Shown here one piece after another: positions 28,538-41,303 of a DNA stretch of 64,000 nt. The stretch comes from the human T2T-CHM13v2.0 reference genome, Homo sapiens. Within the stretch, counting starts at the first letter, position 1. Each line of letters opens with the position of its first letter. The notes under the pieces are model-generated. The model did not search any database and was not told the origin of the DNA. It was given only the letters and a program-made list of their open reading frames with translations. The stretch lies in assembly GCF_009914755.1 (NCBI RefSeq), contig NC_060925.1; one strand, given 5' to 3'. The position numbers and the translations under genes were made by a program.

Positions 28538-30569
28538 GACAACTTGACATTCAATTACTCCACACATACAACATGCCTCATGTTCTCTCAAAAATTGGAA
28601 TCTATGGGAAAAGAATGTCTCCTCTAGCTATGAATATTGATGGTGATGCTAAAAGCTGGGACATCATTCACTCTGCAATGGGAATTGTTCAGCTGTCCCT
28701 GGAAGATTACCTTGGCAGCACGTTGTAGGATGGACTGAAAGAGATGAAGAGGATACTTGAAGAATCTAGGTAAGAAACGAAGGCCTGATTTATGGGTTGG
28801 TAACAAAACAGAATACAGGGGCAACTGCGGCAGGCCTGAGATAGAATGGCCGCTAGTTTAGACAGGACTGGGTATTGGCACAGAATTCCCAAGCACACAC
28901 TTTCTCAAGCCAGAAACCTGGATGGCAGCCCCCCACTCCGCCCACCTATCATTCAGCGCTACCAACTTTACCTCCACAACACCTCTTGAATGTGTCATCT
29001 TCCTCCCTGGTAACATCATTCCTACTCGTACCCCCAACAGGCCTCCTTGTCTTGGAGAGTCACCCATGAAACCTATCCTCAGCAGTGTTGCCAGAGTTCT
29101 CTCCAAACTAGTCTCACCATGTCACGCCCTTTCTTAAAACCAACCACGAGGGGGAGCCCCAGGACTGTCAGGGTGAGCCTGTGAGCCTTAGCATAACAGA
29201 GGGCCTCTGAAGACCTGAGCCCTGCCTGACACTCCAGACTAATTCTCATCAATCCCTGCCCTATCCCCAGATTCTCCTACTTTGTGCCTCAACAACTTTC
29301 CAAACTCAGCGCTTCCTGCATGCAGCATGCTTTTACATCTACCCAGGCCAGTGCACTGCGTTCCTTCGGCTTAGAGGGTGCCAAGCTCTCCTGCCAGTGC
29401 ATCCTTCCCAGCTCCTTATTCACCATCCAAAGCATCTCTTTTTACAGCCTCCATGCTTTGTGCATAGTACCACTGCCATTAATTTTTCATTTATATATCC
29501 TGTTCCCCACCCCTATACTGCCGTGTCCAAAGGACAGTAACTCACCATGTCATCTCTCTGTCCCCAGTGACTGACACAAAATAGACACATGGGCTGATGG
29601 ATGGAAGGATGAAACACAAGCAAACTCAACTGCTAGGATGGAGACAGGAGGGATGGAGAGTCAGGGAGCAGAATGCTTTGAGTGACAAAGCAAGAAAGAA
29701 TGCAAAGATGAATTTTCACGGTGTTGATGAACCTGAAGAAGCTGGATCATCATGATGAGAGATGGGAAAGAGATAAGCCACATAGTGGGTATGGTGCTGA
29801 GAATGAACTCATTTGTGTGATATGAAGAGTGAGTGGGGTTGTGAGAGGCCCATGAGCAGGGAAAGGGAAAGGCTGATGAAGGCGAAGCCCAGCTGCCAAG
29901 GTTATAAAGGGACTGGGAATTAGATCCAAAACCTGAAATGGTGCAAGGCCCAGAGCATTTTTATACTACAAAAAAAGGAAAAGCTGCTTTTGAAAATTGA
30001 ATTCAGAAGAGAATCTCCCACTCTTAGTTGACTCAAGTGAGGACCACGCAACCTCTCTGTCTACATGTGCTTCTTAAGACATCAAGGGACTCTGGTGGAA
30101 ATTTGAGGGGCGTTCTTTTTCTTTATCTTGGCCCAAGATCCCACCCAATGGTAATGAGCAGGGAATGGGGTCGGTGATCTGAGGCATGAAAGAGGTTCAT
30201 TATGAGGAAGTGGAGAGGGAAGGCTGGATGAAAAGAAAGTGGCTTAGCCACTCTGTCCCCAAAGGCAGGGAGCACTGAGGTCAGTTGCAGACTCCAAAAC
30301 AGTCAGTAATCTGTTCTGGAAACCTGAAGTTCCTTATTGAACAGCGCAATCTTTCCTCAAGACATGGAAGAACCAGCACTGATGCAGTCAGCCCTTCTTC
30401 CAAAACAGGTACTGGCGACAGAGAGGTGGGCGTGAGATGGACTCCGGGCCTATTGCCATCTTAGCATGAACGCTGGCCACTGAAGTAGGAATACCCTTCT
30501 CACGAGCCTGGCACTAACTCCCTCCTGCACCAGCTGGAGTCTGTCAAATCCCTGGTGTAGCTCTGAGCA

Positions 30570-30692
30570 GAGCAGCTCTCTGGGCACAAGGCCGGTGAGG
30601 TCACCCAGGGCCTGTGCTTGGCTTAAGGGGCTGCCATGGGACCCCACATTTCATTTTGCACTGATCCCTGTAAAATATGCAGTGAATTCTGA
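30570..30692. mobile_element. MER91-like hAT DNA transposon fragment
   Basis: CACCCAGGGCCTGTGCTTGG and CCCACATTTCATTTTGCACTGATCCCTGTAAAATATGCAG resemble MER91. Confidence 0.5.
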
Positions 30693-30827
30693 TTATGGGA
30701 ACTTCTTTCAGCAGCAGGCAAAACACCTATTGCTGACCTATCGTGGGTAAATGAAAAAAGCTCCCTGGCTCCTACAGGGCAGATCAATGTCTTTGTGGAG
30801 TTCAGATTTTAGAGCAAAGAAAGCTTC

Positions 30828-30945
30828 ATCAGGCATGGTGGGGCACACCTGTATTCCCAGCTACTGGGAGGCTGAGGGGGAAGATCACTTGAATCCAGGA
30901 ATTCAACATCAGACAAGACTTCATCTCTAAAATTTTTATTAAATT
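30828..30945 (+). mobile_element. Alu monomer (FLAM-like); its tail is shared with window positions 1-25
   Basis: CAGGCATGGTGGGGCACACCTGTATTCCCAGCTACTGGGAGGCTGAGG; single monomer. Confidence 0.8.
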
Positions 30946-33900
30946 GAAGTTAAAGAAGGATCTAGGGACCTTTATTCCAGCTTTAACTGTGGGCTCCTTT
31001 CCTTCTTTCATTTTACCGATGAGGAAACTGAGGCCTGGGAAGTGAGATGGCTTTCTCAATGTTCACCTAGACCACCGTCTGTAATGGTGACCTAGGATTT
31101 GCTACTTTTAAGATGAAAAGGGAGGTGAAGGCATAGAACTAGGAGGTTGCCCTACCAACATATTCATAAAGTGGGGTGGGGGGGGCGGGGGGCGGGGAAC
31201 CTGGGATGAGAGACATTTAGAAAGAGGGCAGAGGACAGGTTTAACCAGAAGTCAGCTATCTAATCCATTTGTCTGGCCCATACAGCCCAACCTCCCATCT
31301 GAACATCAGCTTGTGGACGTGGGTGCTGCATAAATGGAGACAGGCAGGTGCCTCATGGTATAGAAATGAAAGTAGCTGGGGGTGAGAGAAACTAAGCAAA
31401 GGGGTGGAGGGCAAAAACAAGCGAGTATTCTTTTGTTTTAGAAGAAGAATATTTTTGCAAATAAGAGTGAAGAGTGAAAATCCTGGGTTCTTATTTCAAT
31501 TTTGCCATCGAAGTTAAGCAAATCTTTTTACCTTCTTGCGTCTGTTTCCTTTCCCGCAAAATGAAGGATATGGCTCAGTTCTAAGGTCTGTTGCCAGTGA
31601 CACTGGGCTGTAAAAGTGTAAGATGATTTGCATCCTCTGGCACCTGCACACTTCTGCAGCTAAACTTCATAATAACACAAGCCTCCATGTGCTTATTTGT
31701 TTGTATGAAGCCAAAGCTATTTGAGAAAGTGGTTTCCCAGCCCTTCCCTGGCTCTAGTGGCACCTGGCACCTCAATGGGAAAGGGGCATCATACCTCTCA
31801 TAGGGTTGTGAAGGGTCAAGAAGTGGGGCCAAGTAGTAACCGATTCCCTCCCTCCCTGATATCTGATGACCACTAAACTGCAGAACTTAATGCTGACTTA
31901 AATACGGCCTTTTGTTTTGGCATTAAGCTATAGATGTTTCCCAAGAAGGTTTTAAAATTAATTCTTTGACAATCACTAGAAATTAAAATGGGCAGGACCA
32001 ATAGAGACAGTGCCTACTGAAAAGGAATCAGAAACCCAGAAAAGTCATGCCTTGCTCAAGTCCACTGCCAGTTAATGCCAAAGCTCTGCCCTGCACACTC
32101 CACGCACAGCACACCCTCAAAGGAGAAGCAGAACTAGTTCCTTCTTTCTTCCTGTTCTCAAGAAAGGGAGGCCATGCCTTCTCACTCCCTCATCACCCTG
32201 CCCCAGGAGCTGGAAATCCCAGAAGACACAGTCCATATGCACAGCAACTGCCTCTCTCCTCCTTCTAGGCTCCCAGGAGCTATGACACAAGACTTTAGGA
32301 CACCCCTCAGCAGCCCCTTCTCTGCAGCACTGGGCACAACCACCTGGTAACCACCTTGCTTCCTAACATTCACACAAGCTCCTGAATCTTACAAGAGCCT
32401 TCATGTTTGTCCTTTGGTTTGATTTCCCCACACCTCATACCCGCATCTTTCCACTGCACAGATGGGAGCAAGATCAAGAATACCTATAGGGCTTGGTCTA
32501 GGCTGCAGCAACACTCAGCAGTGGCTGTGGCAGTCCAGTGAATCTCAGGCTGTGAAGTCATGTCTGTGATTTCTACCAACTCTATTAACTTCAACACAGA
32601 AATCGGCAGAACTACTTCAGCTAAAACCTTGAAGTGACCCTCATTTCAGACATTCGCTAATGCTATACTTGACAAGAGAAAAGTCTAGCCAGATCCTTTT
32701 CCAGCCCCTTGACAAAGTGAACTAGCTTTTCCAAGGTTACACACTGTCCCTTCCCTCACCCAACAAAGCCAGCTAAAGTGGGCATTGCCTGATTTGCAGC
32801 AGTGGTGGGGACTCTGACTTATAGTTGCAGAGTCCTTGGCAGAGAATCTGCTTAATGCTGAGCCTTTGCTGAATGTATCATCTTGCCCTAGCATAACATG
32901 TGAAGCCTTGACATGAAGTTCCCCCCGGTCCACCTCCCATCCCTTGCAGCCCCAGGGGCCAAATCCTTAAAGTCAGACTTATAGTTGGCAAAATAATTCG
33001 CCCAAGCAGGTTGGGCAGGCAGAAAACAAAATAGGCCTTCACCTTCACCTTTAAATGGTGTTGGAATGTGTAAGCATCTCTACCTCTCTCATATCTGTCT
33101 CTCTAGCATTGAGCACTATGCCTGGCACTTGCCCACTCAGCTGAGGGGTGAACTTCTCAGGGTCTCTGCTCTTAATGAGTCACAGCCTTGGGGCCTGGGG
33201 AAGGCCAGTCATACACAGATGGTATCAGAACACCCAGGCAGAACCACTCCCTACCTCAGCCCTTGATGCTTTCAGAAAAGCATCTCAGTGGAGTGTCTTC
33301 AGTGAATAAAAAGAATGCATGGAACTGCTTCCAGTGAATCCCTGGTCTCCAGGAACTGGCGTCTGGCAGTTCTTTACTCAGGTTGGAAATCCTTCAAATA
33401 CGTGTGTGGGAATGCCAATTTAAACATTGCACGTACACTGACACCTTTTTCAACCTCCTTAAAAACACAGGGCAACATGGTATATGGAACACCTTGCCAC
33501 CCACCTCATTGGCTTCCAAAGCTGAGCATTCCCAGCTGCTGGAATGAGACAGGGCGCCAGCTGGATGCAGACAGCATTGTGAACAGTGCCCTGGATCCCA
33601 CAGGAGCAGCAAGAAACTGAAACCCATTGGAATGTGCTTTGGGTTAGCAGAGATGACCTTGAAACCAGTCTAGCAGCAGAAAACTACAATCTACAGGGTA
33701 CTTGCAGCTGTGATAGGGAGACAGAGGAGCAAGCACTAGGCAATTCATGCTGGAGGCTGGCCAGGTGTGCTCCTCCCCTCCCACCAGGGGCAGAGAGGAT
33801 GGAAATTATGTGATTGCCAAGGGCAGCTGAGAAAAGGAGTCATGCCTGGGGTTTTGCTTTGTTGTGAGCTGAGTTGGGGGAATAAAGATCTGAGAGGAGC

Positions 33901-34430
33901 GGAGGAAGGCTGACTATGAGTGGTGAAGACGGTGAAGGCCAGCAGCAGCCTTCCACACCTATTCCATTGTCATCTGATGGACAGCCAAGACAAGCACTTT
34001 TCCTGGCTCTTACTTATGATATTGTCTTCACTATTTGGAGCAGTTGTGTGACAGGAGGCCTACCAGGAGCAGACAAAGCCTGATGCACCTTGCACTGCCC
34101 TTTGCCTCCATACCCCCCAGCGGAGGAGAGGATTTGAGCCTTATGTATTATTATACTTACTGTAATTCCCAAGAAAGAATGGGGGGTCTCTAATTGGTCC
34201 TACAGAGTTCTCAACCCTGTTTGCTCATTAAAATCACCTGGGGAGTTTCTATAAAACTACAGGAACTTAGGCCTCACTCCAATTAATTGCTCTCTTCATT
34301 TAAAAGGCAAACAATCCAAAAAGCTCTCCAAGGTTAAAAAAATCTGTAGCTTAAACTAATCAAACCTCAAGAATTCCAGGTTGACCAGGTACAGTTTTTC
34401 TAATTGGAATGTGGGCAGAGGCCCACTCAC
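30920..34430 (+). repeat. Segmental duplication block, copy 2; period ~30.9-31.0 kb = one HSD3B-array unit
   Basis: Direct colinear homology with 1-3434, mostly above ~90% by eye. Homology ends just beyond the ZNF697 3' end. Confidence 0.97.
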
Positions 34431-34579
34431 GGCAAATTCAGGGTGAAGTAGCACAGATAATATGCAAATGTGCCTGTATGGGTATGACTGTATTCTAATG
34501 CAACTTTATGTACAAAAATATGCAGGGCAGATTTAGTAGTTTGTCAACCCTTGTTCTACAAGAACATAGCTTCCATAGA

Positions 34580-37500
34580 TAGAGCTGAGTGACATTTAAT
34601 GTGTGGCAAAGAAGAATGACATGGTAAAAGACTGATATGGATTTAATGACAAATATTCCATATTGGTTGCTGAACACCAGAATGCTGTCCAAGGAACCAT
34701 CGTTAAATAAAACAACCTGAAAATAAGGCAAATCTCACGTATACAAGCACACTCACACGAAACCTGTTACTTTTAGGATCATTAAATTATTCACTATTTT
34801 AACAAACAGCTGTAAAATAACATTACAGTGAAGAAAAATGTGCACAAACTTCAGAAACACAGTTTAGATTGTCTATGAACACAGGTCCTTAATTTGTATT
34901 TTTTCACATATGTACAGTCTCTTGATTGTAAAGAGACCACATGGCTCAAGGGGTTAACTTCTCATTTTCTCCTTCCAACTCGGAGCTCAAGATTTAATCA
35001 AAACCATTTAGCCTATTTAAATTGCTCCAGGTTTTGCTTAGTAAAGGGCAGCAGAGGAAGACTGCTCTTCATCAAATTCTCCAGGAAACAAATAATACAC
35101 TTGCTTCCACCATCATTAATGAGTTGGTGGAAAAAGTCCTCAGATTAACGTTTTCAAGGGTGAACCGCAGTTAGCAGGGTTTGCCGAAGAAATATTATTC
35201 TAAAACTAGATAGAAGAAACAAACAACCTCCTGAATGCATTTAACCTCACTTAATGCAGGTAAGTTCCCTGAAGAATTGTAAGAAAAAATGGAATCACAT
35301 TTTAAATGCACCAATAGAGTCGGGTGTTGGTAGTTGGATTGTTTTCTTCTGCTAAGAATGTGCTCATAGAAGGGATATCAACGTAGCAGCTGACTTTTTT
35401 ATCCATGGTAATAGAAATAATGAGAGAGGTAAATGAAGTCCAAAGATTCCCACTGCCACTAAACTATTTTACATTAGCTTCACTCTCCACTCCCTGTTGA
35501 ACCCATTCTCTAAAGTTGCTGATATGTAGTATATTTGATGCAGACGAGACCAGGCATAGCAATGGCAGCAAAAAAGCAAAAAAAAAGCGGATAATCAATC
35601 CATGAATAATCAAAAGTTGGATGAGATTTCATAGGCACAGACTTGAGAAAACTTAAAACAGCTGGAAGAGGTAGATGTACATGGAAAGAAACCCACAAAG
35701 CAGTAAGATTACCTAGAAATTGGCTATATTATTTTCAGGTGGGTCTAATATGTTTAGTATTCAGATTACAAATCAGAATTCAAAACGGACACTTGTTTGC
35801 TTGTATTACTCCTGACTAGAAGAAAATGAGAATTAATGTCTTTCAAAACTGTCTGTAGTTTGAAAACCTATTTGCATTTGTGAATAACAATAAACTGATT
35901 AAGAGGGCAAGATCAACAGGCATTATACAAGCCCAGAATTATCAGGATTTTTAAGTGTTTTTATAACCACAAAAACATGCTTTCCTACAGTCCCCAAAGA
36001 GGTTCTTTACTAGAATACAACTGATCAAGTATAAATTACTAGCATCCACAGAAACTTTGCTAAAAGTGTAAAAACAATCTCGTAGCTTTTTTTCCCCCTT
36101 CCACTGTGTCTGATATTTTGTGAAGATGCTTCCATGAAATGTGTAGGGTAACAATCACTAGAGAAGAAAACAATACTGCTTTCCACAACTCTAACTTCTA
36201 AAGGCTAACCTAGCACAGGGATCTTCAGCATAAGTAACTGAAATCTATACAAGAGTCATCTAACTACAGCCCCTTACTAGAAATGGAACATAGCTAGGAT
36301 ACCCTAATTAGGCGACAAAGACCAGCTTTGTCAATAAGGACATGTTTGGCCCTTCTAGGCTAGCCTTAAGTTTTTCATCAAGCATAAGAATTTTCAGTGT
36401 CCTTAATTTTATTATATAAATCATGACAAGTAAGTCTTCCTAGCAGCTGAGCTGGAGAATGCAAAAGGTCAGGCTACAATTATTCACACTGTCCTCAGCC
36501 TCTCTTCAGGACAGCCTGCACACTCCTGTTCCCAGGCCTTCCCTAAGACAGCGGTCATAATACTGATCTAACTCACAATGATGTGAGAAACAGCTAACAA
36601 TTATTAAAAAGCATAAAGCACTTTGCAAATATCAAAGTGCTATTTTGGCATCTATATAACAACCAGAAAACATTCATTGTTTGTGCTATTTGGCAATTTT
36701 GCATTTACACCTCTCCCTGACTGGGCTCTTCTGGGTAAAGCCTTGAGATTTCTACTGTGCCTCCACGCGCAGGCAAAAGACATTCTTACTTAGACTAGAT
36801 CCCTCGTCAATATGCATGGAAGTGGGGGTTAGTGGAGGTCACTAACAAATGCAAAGTGAAGGCAAATGAGACCAAGGAGTCTCGCATCCCAAAAAAGTGA
36901 ACACTTTCTTGGATTTCTCACATAAAGGCCAGCAAAACTCTGAGCTAGTTGACTTTTTAGCAGGTCACTGGGCAACTGTTGGTCTAAAGTTCACTTGAAA
37001 CACCTACATCAAGGTGAGGTGGGAAAAGGAAAGTCACACATAGCTGTGATTGTTCCTTTTCCCTGCACTTAAAACACCACAGTTGAGACCTGAAAGAAAT
37101 ACTGGGTGTGGCACACACCTGGGATGGGCGAGGGCGGGGGAGGGGGGTCATCCAGGTAAACCACCTTGACCCAGCATGAAGCTAGAGTATTTTCAAGGAA
37201 GTAGCAAAGAACCCGGGACAGAATCAGGATTTCCCACATCAGAGAACCAGTTATAAATGAATTTCTAAACCCCAGACATTGCCCCTTGAAATGAGTGTGG
37301 CGTTTTTCAGCCCACTTCCCCTTGGATGCCTCAAAATAGCAGCTAACTGTGGCTCAGAGAAAGGAAAAGTACATTAAATATCCTGTCCTATGTGACTGAC
37401 AAGGTTCCCCTACTTTTTGTGAGACAACAGGTGATGTGTGGAGATCGGGCAAACTCTTGGTGGGACCAAGATAGAATCACTTATACTTGGTTTTATTTCG

Positions 37501-37907
37501 CCCCATAACCCTCATTTAAACCCTCTCCCCGCAACCTTCTACAGGCCATCGCGGCCTACCCTAGTCTATTGCCCGCCATCCTGTTCCCACCCCAGCCCAC
37601 GAACTGCCCTTCCTCAAAGTGCCTGGTCCTCCAAGCTCTTCACCCCCTACAGCGTGTATTTAAGGAAGTCATCACCCCAAGCGCATCTCCTGAACAATTC
37701 TTCCGTGGAGAGGAGGCAAGTATAGCACCGGGAAAGACCAACTTACTCAACACTCCTCCCACTTCAGGAAACCCCAAACACCAAAGGCTCCCCAGTCACT
37801 CTCAGATTGTCCCTCCCGCCCCTTCCCCACTTCCTTCCCCTGGGTCAGTCCCAGGATATCTACCCCCCACAGGCTCCCCAGACGGCAGCCTCCCGCGGAC
37901 CCAGCCC
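34580..37907 (-). other. ZNF697: ZNF697 3'UTR (~3.3 kb, no Alu)
   Basis: Follows the stop codon and becomes AU-rich distally; candidate - strand poly(A) signals ATTAAA at 34998-34993 and 34600-34595, and CATAAA at 34510-34505. Confidence 0.75.
34595..34600 (-). terminator. Poly(A) signal ATTAAA of ZNF697
   Basis: TTTAAT on the + strand at the distal end of the AU-rich UTR. Confidence 0.55.
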
Positions 37908-39260
37908 CTAACACAGGTGCAGCTTCTGGTGCTGCGCGAGGTGCGTTTTATAGCGGAAGCCTTTGCCGCAGCCCGCACACTTGTGCGGCTTGTTGCCCGT
38001 GTGGATGCGGCGGTGGCGGATCAGGTGGGAGCTCTGGATAAAGCTCTTGCCGCACTCGATGCACGTGTAGGGCTTCTCGCCCGTGTGCGTGCGCTGGTGC
38101 TGCGTGAGCGTGGAGAAGTCGCTGAAGCGCTTCTCGCACTGGCCACAGCGGAAGGGCTTCTCGCCGGTGTGCACGCGCAGGTGGTTCACCAGGTGCGAGT
38201 TACGCCCGAAGCCCTTCCCGCACTCGCGGCACACGTAGGGCCGCTCACCCGAGTGCGTGCGCTTGTGCGTGAAGAGGTGCGAGCTGACGCTGAAGGTCTC
38301 GCCGCACTCGGAGCACATGTAGGGCTTCTCGCCCGTGTGCACGCGCTGGTGCTTCACCAAGTCCGAGCGCCAGCTGAAGCGCTTGCCGCACTCGCCACAG
38401 CCGTGCGGCTTCTCGCCCGTGTGGATGCGCTGGTGGTTGGCCAGGTGCGAACGGCGCACGAAGCCCTTGCCGCACTCCCCGCAGGCGAAGGGCCGCAGCG
38501 CCGCCGCCCCCGCGCCGCTGGCCGCCGCGTGCGCGCGCCGGTGGCTCAACAGATGCGAGCTGAGGCTGAAGGCCTCGCCGCACTCGGGGCACGGGTAGGG
38601 CTTCTCGCCCGTGTGCAGGCGCCGGTGCTTGAGCAGGTCGGCGCGCCAGCTGAAGCTCTTGCCGCAGTCGGCGCACAGGTTGGGCCGCTCGCCCGTGTGC
38701 AGGCGCAGGTGGTTGGTCAGGTAGGTGTTGCGGCTGAAGCCCTTGCCGCACTCCCCGCAGCGGAAGGGCTTTTCGCGCGGGGGCCGGGCCAGCGGGGGCC
38801 CGGCCCCGAAGCCCCCCGCCACACCCACCCCCATCATGCCCACCATCGCGTCGCACTCGCCCGCCAGGCCGAAGGGCTCCAGGCTGGCGGCGGCAGCGGC
38901 CTCAGCCAGGCGGTGAATGCGCTGGTGCTGCAGGAAGGCGGCGCCAGGACTGAAGCTCTCCCCGCAGTCGGGGCAGATGGTGGGCGCGTCCATGATGCTG
39001 GCCACCAGGCTATCCAGCTCCCCGAGGTCCACGGCCATGGGGTGGTGGAGCCGGTGGAAGCGGCGGTGGGCGGGCTTGTCACCTCGGTGCCGACTCCCCA
39101 GGGAGAGATGTCGCCTCCAGGGAAGTACGGGAGGGGCCGGCTGCTCCTCTTCCTCCTCCAGCCGGTTCTCCCCAGCACTCTCGTCGTCGTCCTCCCGGAG
39201 GCTCCGGGATATGCTGTCAGACTCAGACAGTCCTGGGAACATCGCCATGTCAGCTACACC
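37820..39260. promoter_or_regulatory. Gene-body CpG island over ZNF697 exon 3
   Basis: Very high GC and CpG density; third codon positions are nearly all G/C. Confidence 0.85.
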
Positions 39261-39319
39261 GGATTGGTCATCCTCTTCCCCACGGACAGAAACGCCTTCT
39301 TCCTCACTCAGCTGCCCCT
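37908..39319 (-). CDS. ZNF697: ZNF697 exon 3 coding part: acidic region and 11 C2H2 zinc fingers
   Basis: Acceptor TTTTTCTGTTGCAG|AG at 39320/39319; phase 1 joins exon 2 (..ICT E GQLSEE..); 11 CxxC-x12-HxxxH motifs with TGEKP linkers; stop TAG at 37910-37908. Confidence 0.97.
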
Positions 39320-39773
39320 CTGCAACAGAAAAAGGTGGCAGTGGGGGATTACTATACTTGGCATTCAAAAGATAAGCCCAGAGGAAACCTCAGTAATAAA
39401 ACTGTGATCCCCTCCCTCAGGCACTCTGGATCCCTGCCCCTCCAAGACCCCCTGAGAGTTTAGCCTCTCTCAACTGGATCCTCCAGGGAAAGGCCTAAAG
39501 GAGAGTGCACTCATTGCCCCCTCTGCCCACCAGTTCTTCAGGCAGCCTCCTCGGGCCCAGGCCCCCCTAGCTGGACCCGAGGCACTGCCTAGCAGAGCCA
39601 TCTGAAGGCCTGACTGCCTGTGTTCAGGATATTCAAGTCTGTGCCAGGTGGGACACTACGTAAGATCTCAGGAGAAAAGGTTTACTCACTCCAAGAGCTA
39701 CCAATGCCTTTTAAGATTCTAGTCTCAAAAGACAAGAACAGTCTGCCAACCTGAGAAAGACCACTTGGCCTAA

Positions 39774-40093
<320 letters not shown>

Positions 40094-41077
40094 TCAGGAC
40101 TAATTTTTAAAGTACATTTGGTCAGTCTGAAACAGCTTATGATGGAACAAAAAACTGAACTCACCTTCAGGACTTTGCTATGGGTGGGGGGAGGGGGATA
40201 GTAGTGGGGAATAGAGAAAGAGATTACAGAGCCTAGAGCTGGTGAGCCCAGGTTAGAGGCTGATCCAGGACACACACCTGTTGGTCTCTGGCTGCGTATC
40301 CCCAAGCAGAGGGAAGTTGCTGAGATGTGAAAGGCCTCACATGTGCCCTCCTGCACATGCTTCTGTGCACTGCGGAGGAGGGCAGCAGGGAGTCTGGGAC
40401 TGTGTCACAGGGGAAGGAATGTAACCTCTCAGTCCTGGCCATAAAGTATTTTAGCTCATTTCTGTCCCCAGAGCATGCACTGAGCAGGATAAAGTAATGA
40501 ATGCCCAAAGACAGAAACAAGGAGGTGGGTGGAGGCCCAGCATTCACTCTTTCAGGTCAGTAAGAGTAAGGCATTTAGCAGAGGCCATGGGCACTTTGGG
40601 AATTAGCCACATGAACCTAGGCAGGTCACTTACCAGTGAGATGACTTATCTGCAAAGGGAGATGAGGACGTAACTGTAAACATCTGGATACCTCCTATTT
40701 GCACAGTACTGTGCTTAGTAACTCTATATGCAGCAACTCATTTAACTCTCCCAATAACACTGTGAGGTAGATTCTATTACTAGCTGGGTAATTCTACTGT
40801 AGTGTTGTTCCAGGGGTTAATTTATAGCAGCATTCTCTACACTGTAAAAAGTACTGCGCCAGTGAGTGAGCCTCTTCACAGCTCACCTCAGACTGGGCTG
40901 AAAAAAAGGATGGTCTTCAGGCTAACACAAGAGAGGCAAGTCAGTACAGAATCCTGCTTAATGGTCCCCTCTATGGAACTCCCTTACAGAGAATGCTGTC
41001 GCTAGTTATGATTCTAGAGGAGCTAGAAGTAAGTGTAACTTTGGCAACTTGCATAGAAATCCCAGCTTTCTCCTCAC

Positions 41078-41303
41078 CTGTGCAGATGTCGGGCACTGCT
41101 TCCCTGTGCCTTGAGTCCTGTGGGTTGGAGCCCATCTCCGGCTCCGGATGGCCTTCTCTCTTGTTTGTGTCATGTGGATTAGAGCCCATTTCTCTTTCTT
41201 CTGGGTCCCCTTCCCTGTCCTCAGAGTCCTCAAAATCAGAACCCATCCCTTTGTCTTCTGAGTCCTGGTGTGCACAGACACCCTGATTATCTTCTTGTTT
41301 CAT
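41078..41303 (-). CDS. ZNF697: ZNF697 exon 2 coding part ([10 protein letters not shown]...AVPDICT)
   Basis: ATG at 41303; donor CAG|GTGAGG at 41078/41077; likely acceptor TTTTTCTGGAGCAG| at 41341/41340 (37 nt of 5'UTR). In frame with exon 3. Confidence 0.95.

Noticed and set aside
39320-39368. N-terminal [16 protein letters not shown] of the 486-aa ORF
   Set aside because: Intron 2 polypyrimidine tract with a non-ATG start; the real N-terminus comes from exon 2.
37569-39407. 612-aa + strand ORF antisense to ZNF697 exon 3
   Set aside because: Shadow of GC3-rich zinc-finger codons: it has the 28-aa finger periodicity (GLLARV repeats), starts at a non-ATG codon and has no recognisable domain.
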